A DNA stretch of 64,000 bases from Dictyostelium discoideum (taxonomy: Eukaryota), in the NCBI GenBank assembly GCA_000004695.1, contig CM000152.2, positions 3,168,001-3,232,000 of the forward strand. The letters are read 5' to 3'. Positions within the stretch are counted from its first letter, which is position 1. The number at the start of each line of letters is the position of its first letter. Made by a program: the position numbers and the translations under genes. The notes beneath the pieces were generated by a model. That model was not told where the DNA came from. It was given only the letters and a program-made list of their open reading frames with translations, and did no database searches. Shown here piece by piece: positions 51,540 to 62,742 of the stretch.

Positions 51540-53021
51540 ATGAATTTTAAATCAGTTATTTTATTATTATCATTTTTGTATTTTATATCAATAGTTGGTT
51601 GTTTAAAAACTGAAGATATTAATTATTATCAAGATGGTGAAAAACTAGTGTTTCAAATAAATCCTAACTCTGGATTTAATGGTAACAATTTGGTAATTTC
51701 TGAATTTCCATCAATTGCATCAAAAGGAAATTTTAACCAATCAAAACAACTTTTAAATATGCCATTTTTTAATTTAGACAACGGTTCAGTTTCATACAAC
51801 TTAACACTCCTTAAATTGTAAGTTTTTTTTTTTTTTATTTTCAAAAATTATCAGAATATTTTTTATTTTTCGTTTTTCGTTTTTCGTTTTTTCTAAAATT
51901 AAAAAAAAAGATCACCAAATTCATTACCATATAAAGCATATTTATCACCTTTTATTGGTGATGGATATAATTATACACTCTATTTTAATTTATTTGAAAA
52001 AACAAATTATTGTTCAAAAGCAAATTTCAAGAATTCAGAAGAATATACTTATCAATCATGTATTAATGGTGGAAAAAATAATGATTCTTTTTCTCAAGCT
52101 GGTGATCTATTTGAAGCATCATATGATATTTCCCAAGTTGATTTAGTTAGAATTAACTATAAAGCAACTCAATTTAACTATGGTTGTTCTAGAAATACTT
52201 GGTTTAATATTTATTGTGATAAAAATCAAGATTTCAAATTACTTGGTATGGGTGCTAATTATTGTAATTACGAGGTTAATATTTTATCATCTCATGCTTG
52301 TCCAGTGTACTCATCTATTCCTTATAACAAAATTGGTGATAGTACCTATGAACTTAATGTTGGTCCACTCTATAATCATACTGCTCTATTTTACTATATC
52401 AATGGTTCTATGATTAAATTCGATCTTAACTCCACTTCCCAATACACACCATCTCCAACACCATCTGAGACACCATCTCTAACACCATCTGAGACACCAT
52501 CTCCAACACCATCTGAGACTCCATCCGAGACACCATCTGAGACACCATCTCCAACACCATCCGAGACACCATCTCCAACACCATCTGAGACTCCATCTCT
52601 TACACCATCTGAGACACCATCTCCAACACCATCTGAGACTCCATCTCTTACACCATCTGAGACTCCATCTCTTACACCATCTGAGACACCAACTCCAACA
52701 CCATCCGAGACACCATCTCCAACACCATCCGAGACACCATCTCTAACACCATCTGAGACTCCATCTCTTACACCAACCTCAACACCAGTACCAAGTCCAA
52801 AGGTTTATTGTAGATCCAATCGTTTTGGAATTACAATTAATAGTACTGAAACAGTTTCATGTAGAGGATTTGGAAAAACAAAATGTATAACTAAATTGGG
52901 AAGTGAGTGTAGCACTGATAATCTAGATGGAGAAATAGTTTGTACTTCTAAATCATTACAATGTTTTGGTACCAACATTCAATGCATTTCAGGTGATGTT
53001 TATTGCTCAATTGATTTCTAA
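51540..53021 (+). CDS. Secreted MRH (mannose-6-phosphate receptor homology)-like domain protein with a (TPSETPSP)n Ser/Thr/Pro stalk and a Cys-rich C-terminus. Exons: 51540..51817, 51911..53021.
   Basis: Exon 1 has a signal peptide ([21 protein letters not shown]) and ends ...LLKL with GTAAGT at 51818. Exon 2 (acceptor AAAAAAAG) has MRH-like Cys spacing: NYCSKANF...SCINGG...[16 protein letters not shown]...[18 protein letters not shown]. It then has about 14 copies of the 24-bp repeat encoding TPSETPSP/L. Phase 2 is consistent. The ORF-track ATG at 52248 is internal. Confidence 0.55.
52440..52795. repeat. 24-bp coding minisatellite (about 14 units, TPSETPSP/L).
   Basis: Lies within exon 2 of the MRH-domain gene. 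Confidence 0.9.
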
Positions 53022-53208
53022 ATAAATAATTAAATGTTTTGGAATACTTTTATTAAAATTAACAAAACATTTCATTCACTCCAGATCTCTAAATTTTTTT
53101 TTTTTGTTTTCCTTTTTTTTTTTTCTTGTATTTAAATTTTTTCAATAACATTCTTTGATATTTGAAGTTTTTAAAATATTTGATTTTGAATTTGATTTTT
53201 TTTTTAAA

Positions 53209-53239
<31 letters not shown>

Positions 53240-54078
53240 CACATTTGATATTTATAATATATTAAATTTTTATTTGTTGGAGTTTTGGTTCCCTCTTTTT
53301 AAAAATTTTTAAAGTCCTTAGTGTAAAAAAATACACCCCTTTCAAATCGGGATAGTTTCTTTAGAATGTTGGATGATGAAAAAATATATTTCCAAGGGAG
53401 AATTCCAAAAGATAAATATCCAATATTTAAATTTTAATTATTTATTGGTTTGGATTATTAAACTATTATTTACTCCTGAAGTCGGTTTTATTTTTCCATT
53501 TTTTTATATTTTTATTAGCAATATTTAAAAAGAGATGGATTTATTTTTATATTTTAAAATAATTTTTACTGAAGACAAGCAAGTACACAAGCAGACTAGA
53601 AAAAAAAACGTAAGAAATTTTACTATTTTATGAGAAATTAAACTACCACAAATTCTCATATTTTAAGAAACGAATAGCAAATTATTAGATATTCAAAAAA
53701 TGAGTGATAAAGATTTTAAAAGATAGTATGGGGTATCCAAGTATTTATTCTTCCTTTGTGAGAAACTACAAAGGAGATAGAACAGATATAGGCTCTCATT
53801 TGCATTTCGGTTATATTATTTAAATTTTTTTAAATTTATTTAAATTAATTATAGGGAAAAAAAAATAATATTAAAAAAAAATAATTAATAAAATTAAAAT
53901 AAAAGAAAATAAATTAAAATAAAATAAAAATAAAAATAATTAATTTATATTAAATAAAAAAGATAAAATAAAATAAGTAAATATTAATGTTTTTTAAATA
54001 CTGCAAAAATGGTGTATAAAATTATGAAAATGGTGTAATTAAAAAAAAAAATAATCTTTAAAAATAATATATTCTTTT

Positions 54079-55044
54079 TTATTTATATCTACATCGGTGA
54101 ATGGCACAATTTCCATTAATTTTTTTTATTTCTCTGAGTTCAAATTCTGTAAATAAAAAATTTTCATTCACCACATCTTGTAACAAAGGTTGAGAATTTA
54201 AAAGATAATGGTTATCAATATTAATATAATTAATATCTACGACAATTATTAAATAAAAAGGGATATTCCAATTTTCATCATTATTGAAACGACCAATACA
54301 AATAACAAAAGAGTTTGATTTATAAAGAGGAAACGATTTGAAAGTATGTAGGTATGGTTCAGTGAAAAGCTCTGGAACTGAAACAGACATTGGAATAAAA
54401 TTCAAAGTGGAAGGTAGTAGTTTTAGTTTATTGATGATTGGTGAAAAGATAATCGGAGTCCCAACTTCACTTGATAATTCTCAATCAATGATAAAAGACA
54501 AAGGCATTGTTTCTTTACCACGGCACTTATCTAATGGTTTTGATTGGTTTGAAAAAATTTGTGGACTTGTTGGTGGAACCCCAACAATTCCACAAATTTT
54601 TTCATATTCCTCTTGTTTAAAATTGGGAATCACAAAGTTTTTGAGATTAGCATGCGCACATAATGGACATACTACCATTAAATAAGATCGGACATCAGTA
54701 TACATATTCGGATAGGCGAGTTTATTCTCTTTAAGTATATTTAAAATTTTATATGGCAGAGAGTGATCCAACGTATGGAGGAAATAAACATGACCCCAAA
54801 ATTCTGAATATGATACATATATTGAAAGTTTTTGTCTTTTTTCTTTATTTGCGCCCTTCAAACACAAATTTTCACCTTCTAAACATGTGATATTATAACC
54901 ATTTTTATCTTGAAATGTTTTGAGGGAAATATTATTTTCTTCAATTTTCTCTCTAATACCTAATCGGGTTTTTACACTTCTATCTCTTAAATAAATAACC
55001 ATTTTATTAATTATATCTATTGTAAGACATACTATTTGGGACAT
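54079..55044 (-). CDS. Hypothetical protein of about 274 aa. Exons: complement(54519..55044), complement(54079..54377). It possibly has additional 5' exons at 55250..55460.
   Basis: ATG at 55044 (MSQIVCLTIDIINK...). Donor CGTG|GTAAAG at 54519 and acceptor TTTCAG at 54378 join ...SKPLDKCR to VPELFTEPYLHTFKSF... in phase. The ORF-track pieces 54481..55095 and 54079..54405 both start at TTG. No family is recognised. A 54-bp palindrome lies inside exon 1. Confidence 0.4.
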
Positions 55045-56072
55045 TTTTATTTGATGATTAAAAAAAAATAAAAGTTGAAGAAAATTTAAACACAAAAAAA
55101 TTTTCTCACAAAAAGTCGTTTGGTTTTTTTTTTATTTTTTTTTTTTATTTTTTTTTATATTTTTTTAAAAGTTTAATTTTTTTTTAATTTTTTTTTTTTT
55201 TATTTATTTGAAAATTTTTTGATATTTTTTGTTCTAATCAAAATATCTAAGTTTGAATTTGATTTTCTTACCTTCATTAAAAGTGTGGCTTCTTTAAAAG
55301 GACATTTAATCTCGATCATAGCATCATTTTCATACTCTGTTCCATATGCCATCGCTCTTTGTACAAAATGATTGAAAAATCTTTTTTCTTTACCTTCGAA
55401 ATATCAAGAGCCATGGCCTGGGAAGTGTATTTACAATCTTTTGAATAAAAAAAGTCTTGCCACTGAGTAAATTTTTTAATTAAAATTTTTTTTTTTTAAA
55501 TCACAGTAATTATTAATAGTTTTTTCAGATCTGGCAGAAATTTAAATTTTAATTATTTTCATAATTTCGGCATAATTATAGGGGAAATTAAAATTTTTAA
55601 AAAGGCTGTATTGTAATTTCTCATTTTTTAAAACATAAAAATATATGATATCTTATATTATTGAAAATTATAATAAAATGATAAAAAATAATGGGTGTAA
55701 AATAAATATTTAAATAAAAAATTTTAAAATATAAGATTTTTAATTTTTTTAAATAATTTATTCCTTATTTATTAATCAAAACATAATATTATTTATCTTT
55801 TTTTTTAATATATTTTATTATTTTTTTTTTTAAAAATAATAAAGGTTAGAATTTTTATAAATAATTTTATTTTTTTATAAAATATCCTATTTTCTAATAA
55901 TTATTATAATTATTTAAAAAAAAAATTTCAAAAAAAAAAATAATTAAAAAAATTTATAAAACTCTAATATATTTTCTTATTTTTTTAGTATTAATTAAAT
56001 TTTAATAAAAAATGCTTTTTTTTATTTATAATAAGTTTCATTTTTTTATATAATAATTTATAAATCAAAAAA

Positions 56073-56123
<51 letters not shown>

Positions 56124-56158
56124 ATGAAAATTATCTTTTGTTTAAAAAAAAAAAAGAT

Positions 56159-59100
56159 TTATTTTTCAATTAAAATAGATTTTGATTCAGAAGAAAGACC
56201 AGGTAAAACACAAACTTTTAAATAATTCTTTTCTGCTTTTGCAGTAAAAGAAGGAGAGTTAGCTTGAGGTGAATTTGAAGATTTTTCATGAATTGAATCA
56301 ACCTTTACAAATTTCAATTCTGAAGGACCTTTTTGATTACGATATTGAATTGAATCTTTGAATTCAAAAACCAATTCTTTACCATTTAAATGTTTTGAAT
56401 ATAAATTTGATAAGAGGGTAATTAATACAGTTTTTTTATTGGTTTCCAAACAGAGATCATGTTCATTGATTATGTGAATAACGAAAAAGTCATCAGAGAG
56501 TTTACTGAATGAAATTTTTTCAATTGCAGAGAAGGGCACTTTACGTTTAATTGCAAACCATGAACCATCTTTCTTTGGTTTATGTGGTGTAATTGTGAAA
56601 ATGGTTTCATTGGTAACTAATAATGAACGTTTTTGAATCTTATGATGACGACTAACTTTGGAAACATTTAAAGAGAGTTGAAGAACAGCATTTGGACCTT
56701 CTTCTCTTTTTAAGGTTGCAGTGGTATAGTTATCTCTTGTGAGTGAGAGGAAATCACCAATAAAGGCAGCTTTACTAAGTTTAATGGATTGTCTATTTCT
56801 CTCTTTATTATTTTGGAAAATACTAATTGATTGATTCTTTAGTTTAACACATTCTCTAACGAGTAACCAACCTCTATAGGTCCTTTGAATTTTAATTGCA
56901 GCTAAAGTACGTAAATACCATTTTCTTTGTTTATACATTTTCCAAACTGATCCAATTTTAGTGGCTAAATCATTTAATCTCTTATTTCTTTTATCCTCTA
57001 ATAAGAACAATGGTTGTGGATTACGAATGAAAATCTTTGTTTTACCATATTGAACCTCCTCTTTGATGTTGATTTCTTGAGTTAATTCACCCATTAAGAG
57101 ATTAACACCCTTTTCAGCATCACCTGACCATTTTGGCCAAGTTGATTTACCAATCATATAATAACGACGCATAAATTTAGAGAAAGTTTGACGATAACAA
57201 TAACCTGCACGACGTACTAATAAATTTTCAAAGAGACCAAGATAAGCCACTTGTTCAGCACATTTACTTTGATCCCATTCCAATGCTCTCATATTTGAGT
57301 TTGGTTTAATACAACGAACATAATGTGGTGAACAACTGTAAAGTGATTTCAATAGTGAAGTAACTTGATTCTTAAATTGGAAACCAGCAGTGATTGGTCT
57401 TTTCTTATCGGTTGGAATAAATGTTTTTGCAGCATTATTTGCAAAACCATTCTTTGAAAATTTATCACGATTCTTTTTCTCTTGTTCTGGATCGACTTCA
57501 AGTGGTGGTACATATTTGAAAATTTCGACCAATAGTGAACAACTACTACTTGTGGCCAATGTAACTAAATCATTAAATAGTGTATCTCTATTCTTATCGA
57601 GGAAACCATCGATATTATAGAAAACTTTACCAGCATAATGATTGATAATGAATTGTGAATTCTTTTGTCTCTCTACCTTTGAATAATGAGTATGATTTGA
57701 AAAGTGTTTATTTAATTTATCGATCATAGTTTGATCATTACCTTCTGGGAAAAGACATTCTTCATCCAATAATGAAAGAATACCAATTGGCTTCTTTTCA
57801 ATTAAATCAACACATGCTTTATTATTAATATATTGAACTGGAATCCATGTAATACCCTCTTGGACGTATTCTTCTTGTTCAGTTTTCAATGTTAGATCAA
57901 TGAAAATTTGTTGAAGTGTTTCATTGACATAATTGATACAAAATTGTTCGAATGAATTGTTCTCAAAGATTTCAAAACCATAGATATCCAATACACCAAT
58001 TACTTTACCAATGGTTTTAACTTCAATGGATTGATTGATCTTTCTAACGATGAAATCAAATAATTTACTATAGGTTGCTTTAGCAAATGCATCACGTGCA
58101 TACATAGCTTGTTCAACGGTTTGTGGTACTGAATAGGTTGAAATACGTGCACCTTGACCTGTACTAATCTGACGAGATACCAATGAACTTTCCAATACTA
58201 TTGCATCAACACCCATCAATGATGCTATTGTATTTGCTAATTTTTTATCGGAAATTACCGAACCATTACCAGAGGCGGATTTATTGAATGAAAGATTACC
58301 CAAGAGTAAAATTGCTGATAATGTTGCAAAGATTTCCTTTTGTAATGGTTCATCGATTCCAACCACCTTCATTGCATTCTTTGTTTGTTTAAATCCAATT
58401 TGATCATCAATACCATCGGCAGTGAAACAACCATTACTTGCATTTCTAGTTAAATAATGATATTGATCCGGTGATAATAGATTGTATGTTTTCTTTTCCT
58501 CCTCTGATGAACCTTTTAAAAGTTGATAGAAAATATGAAAATTACGTTCACCTTGAGTTTGATTGATTACACGTGACTTTTCCAAGAGGTAATTTGTAAT
58601 TTTACCACCTTCTGGATCACCTCCCAAATTGAATTGAATCTCCATATATTTACCAAAACGACTTGAATTATTGTTACGTAATGTTTTTGCATTACCAAAT
58701 GCTTCCAATAAAGGATTAGACTCTAAAATGGTTTTTTTAACTCTTTCTACCTCTGTACTACTACCAGTAATACTTGCAATATATTGCATAATATATTTAC
58801 TTGCTTCTGTTTTACCTGCTCCTGATTCTCCTGATATAATAATACATTGATTCTCACCCTCTGATCTTAATGCTCTATATGCTTTATCAGCAATACTATA
58901 AATATGTGGTGGAATTTCAAATTCATGTTTACCTTTATATAAATTAATTTGATCATTTCCATAAATTCCTAATTGTTTATATGGATTCATTGAAACTAAT
59001 ACTGGTCCGATTGATGTCTTTTTTTTTATTATTTTAAAAAAATAAATAAAATATATAAAAAAAAAAAAAAATTTATAAATTAATAGGAGATCTCTTTTTA

Positions 59101-59407
59101 TTTTATCATTTATTATTCATTATTTATTATTATTATCATTATTTATTATTGTTATTTATTATTTTTATTTTTTTATTTTTTACATACATAAATTAAACCT
59201 TCTTTGTATCTAATTTTTAAATTCTCATGTAATGAAGATTCTGATACTTCAGTAAGCATAATTAAATCTTCAACTCCAACATTTTTAGTTAAATCTCTTT
59301 TAAATGTTGCCTAAATTGGTTAAAAAAATAAAAATAAAAAAAATAAAAATAAAAACTGTTAGTCTGATATTTTTTTTTTATTTTTTTTTTTTTGATCATT
59401 TTTAGTC

Positions 59408-59444
<37 letters not shown>

Positions 59445-59470
59445 AATAATTATTTAAATTTATTTACCAT
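56159..59470 (-). CDS. Class I myosin heavy chain, short-tailed (motor + IQ + TH1). Exons: complement(59468..59470) [ATG only, tentative], complement(59188..59310), complement(56159..59017).
   Basis: The main exon starts TSIGPVLVSMNPYKQLGIYGNDQINLYKGK and has a P-loop (GESGAGKTE), switch regions, an IQ region and a basic TH1 tail with no SH3. The upstream exon reads ATFKRDLTKNVGVEDLIMLTEVSESSLHENLKIRYKEGLIY with a GTATGT donor, the myosin-I N-terminal IYT.IG context. An ATG|GTAAAT lies 157 nt further upstream and would give M-ATFKRDL. Acceptors are AAAAAAAAAG and AATTTAG. All junctions are phase 0. Confidence 0.8.
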
Positions 59471-59571
59471 TTTAGATTAATAAATAAATATATAGATAAA
59501 AAAAAGAAAAATAAATAAATAAATAATTAAATAAGGTATATAAAATATTTATACCACCAACACCATCGATG

Positions 59572-59611
<40 letters not shown>

Positions 59612-60128
59612 ATTTTTTAATTTTTTTTTTTTTTTTATTTTTAAAAGAAAATTTTTTTGATGGTTAGCTAAGTTTATTTGAAATTTTTTTTTTGTTTTAC
59701 AATAAAGCTGCAAATGCAATTTTATTTTTTATTTTTTTTTTTTTTAATGCTTTTTCATTTTATTTTTACAACCAAACATTTTTTTTTTTAAGGACATTTT
59801 GGTAATTCATATGATTTTTTTTTAGTTTTGGAATATTTTTTTAACACATATTTTTTATTTTTATTTTTTATTATTTTTTTTTAATATATAAATCAAAAAA
59901 ATAATTATTTTATTTGTTTTTTTTTTTTTTTTTTAATATTAAACATTCAACAAAAAAAAAAAAAAAAAAAAAAAAAAAATGAACCAATCAATTTTTTTTT
60001 GTTTCTTATTTTTTTTTAATATTTTATTTTAAATATATTCCCTCTCGTTGTTCTTCAAAATAAAAAAATAATTAAGTGTCAGATTTGAATGTTTTTACCA
60101 ATATTTATTTATAATTAATTTTAAAAAT

Positions 60129-60167
<39 letters not shown>

Positions 60168-60228
60168 TATTATTTTTATTTTTATTATTAATATTGAATT
60201 ATGATTATGATTATTTATTATTTTAATT

Positions 60229-61981
60229 TTATTGTAAGAATTTTGAAATTAATTTATTTCTTTTTTCAAATTCAATATTATTATTTTTTAGATATTGTGG
60301 GTCTTTACTTGCCAAAGTCATTGTTTGACCCATAGCAGTTACAGAATTACACTCAATACCACCAAAAGGAGTTGAAGTAATGGTGAAATAAACCAATTCA
60401 TAGTTACTCCCATCGACTACATACCTACATAGATAATCTTGTGGATTTGAAACTTTAATTCTAAGTATCTCTGGATATTGATCAGAGAATCTACTTACAT
60501 TGAATAAATTATCATCACCAAAGTTTGCAATTAATAGACCAGTTGAATTATCAACAATAAATATGGAACCTTCAGAATTTGTATAAGTTCCAACAAATGC
60601 ATCATTTGGTATTTCTTTTGAGTATTTTTCAGTGGTTAAAGTTGGTTTTAATTTTGAATCAGGTATGAATGGTGATTGCGGCTGGCTACCAGCTTCATAG
60701 AGTAGTTGTTCATAAACTGGTATTAAAATTTCAGAGGCAGCTTTAGTGAATACATCAGGTGTTTGAAAGGCTAACAATGATGAGAATAACATACCAATTT
60801 TCAATGGTCTAATTAATGCCATTTGAGTTCTATAGCCTGATAATTGACCAGCTTTTGATTTAACCCAAATGCTATTAGCTTGGTCATAAAACATTTCAAA
60901 TGGTGTGCCATATACAGTATCACCATCGTTAAGCAAACTAATTGGAGACATTGCTTCATTCAAAGTGGTTGAGTCTAAAATCTCTGGATTCTCATTCAAC
61001 CAAAACATCATATAATTGCACATATCTCTTGCGGTGGAATATAAATTGCCCATTGGATTACTCCAACCTAATTCTTCAACTGGTGAAATTGTATAACTTC
61101 CATTTGGCCAAAGAATTAAACCTTGTGCAAGATAATCTTTAACATCATCATAATAGAATGATGAATTCATCATACCAAGTGGGAATAATATCTTTTCCTT
61201 TACATATTTTTCATATTCAGTATTGGCTGCTTTTGCTAAGGTTCTACCCAATAGAGCAATACCAAGATTTGAATAATGAGTACTTTGATAACTTGGCATT
61301 ATTAAAAACATTTTCGATAATCTTTCAATTATAACCTCTTCAGAACAAATATCCCAATCGGCCAAATCATCGAAATCACATGGTACCTCTCTTGGTAATC
61401 CAGATTGATGTGATGATAACTCTCTAAAAGTTGGTGACTTTTTTGTATTATATAAATTACCAATTGAAAACTCTGGGAAATATTTTGAAACTTCATCATC
61501 CAATGATGATATTGTACCTTTATCTCTTAATTGGAACATCATTAAATCTGTAAATGTTTTTGTAATTGATGCAATTCTTATACTAAAAAATAAATAATAT
61601 AATAAAAAAATAAAAAAATTAATACTTATTGTTTTTTTTTTTTTAATTTATATTAATTAAATATAAATAAAGAAAAGAAAATACATACGCATTATCAATT
61701 GTTAAAGGTGGAGAATTTTCATCAAGTGGATTAACATTACCATAAGTTTTTGACCAAACAATTTCATCACGATAAACTATTGAAGCAATGAAACTTTTAA
61801 TTCCATTATCTTTCATACCTTTTTTAATAATTTCATCAACTTCTTTATATGCTTTTTGAAGTGTTGGATCATTTTGATTAATTTTAATTGGCTCTGGGTA
61901 ATTTGGACATGATAAGATTAAATTAATTAAAAAACAAATAATTAAAAAAATTGTAATTGACTGTTTATTCATAATTTTCAT
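60229..61981 (-). CDS. Secreted beta-lactamase-family serine hydrolase (class C beta-lactamase / PBP-like fold). Exons: complement(61689..61981), complement(60229..61582).
   Basis: Exon 1 has a signal peptide (MKIMNKQSITIFLIICFLINLILS) and ends ...TIDNA with a GTATGT donor in phase 2. Exon 2 (acceptor TTTTTTAG) begins (A)IRIASITKTFT, which is the S-x-x-K active-site motif, and continues over about 450 aa of beta-lactamase-fold sequence. The ORF track shows two separate ORFs. Confidence 0.8.
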
Positions 61982-62742
61982 TTTTGGAAATTATTAGATT
62001 TTACTAACAGTTTAAAAAAAAATAAAAATATAAAAATAAAAATTAAAATAAAAAAAAAAAGGTTATGACATTTTTTTTTTAATGTTGTTATTATTATTAT
62101 TAAAAAATAAAAATAAAATAAAATAAAAATAAAAATAAAAATAAATTTTGCTACTGTTTTTTATAAAAAAAAAAAAAACACAACAAACCAACCAAAAATA
62201 GTTTGAATGTGAGTGTGAGTGTGGGTAGTTTAATTGTTAAAATTAGAGCAAAAAAAATAAAAAAAACAGTTGGTTGTTTTTATTAATCAAATTAAACCTT
62301 TTATTTTTTTTATTTCAATTAAATAACTTTTTTTTATTTTAATAATACCAAGATAATATTTTTTTTTTTATTATTTTTGTATTGATAAAAAAAAAAAATA
62401 TTTTCTTTTTTTTTTAAACAACCAACCGATTTTATTTATTTTTAATATAAATTTGGTATATAAAAATAGAGAACTCAAAAATACAAAATGATATTAAATA
62501 TAAAAAAATGAATATAAATATTTATATTAACTTGTTTTTTGAATTTTTTTTTTTTTTTTTTTTATTTTTTTTATTTTTTTTTTTATCATTAAATATTTTT
62601 GGTTTTTTGAAAACAAATAAAGTTTTATTTATATTATGAATTTATAATGAAAAGTTTGATGGTAAAATTATTTAGATAATATTCTTCCATAAAATTAAGG
62701 TTATTTAAATTTTAAAATTCTTATTTATTTTTATTTTTAGTT

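Noticed and set aside
51955-52413. ORFs 51955..52146(+) and 52180..52413(+)
   Set aside because: Off-frame overlaps of MRH-gene exon 2, whose frame is open from the splice acceptor at 51911.
54338-54685. 115-aa plus-strand ORF overlapping the minus-strand gene
   Set aside because: Its similar peptide (EKICGLVGGTPTIPQIF) is a mirror image created by the 54-bp palindrome. The minus-strand reading splices in phase to a second exon and is preferred, although neither is proven.
57390-57620. 76-aa plus-strand ORF inside the myosin gene
   Set aside because: Antisense to a highly conserved motor domain.
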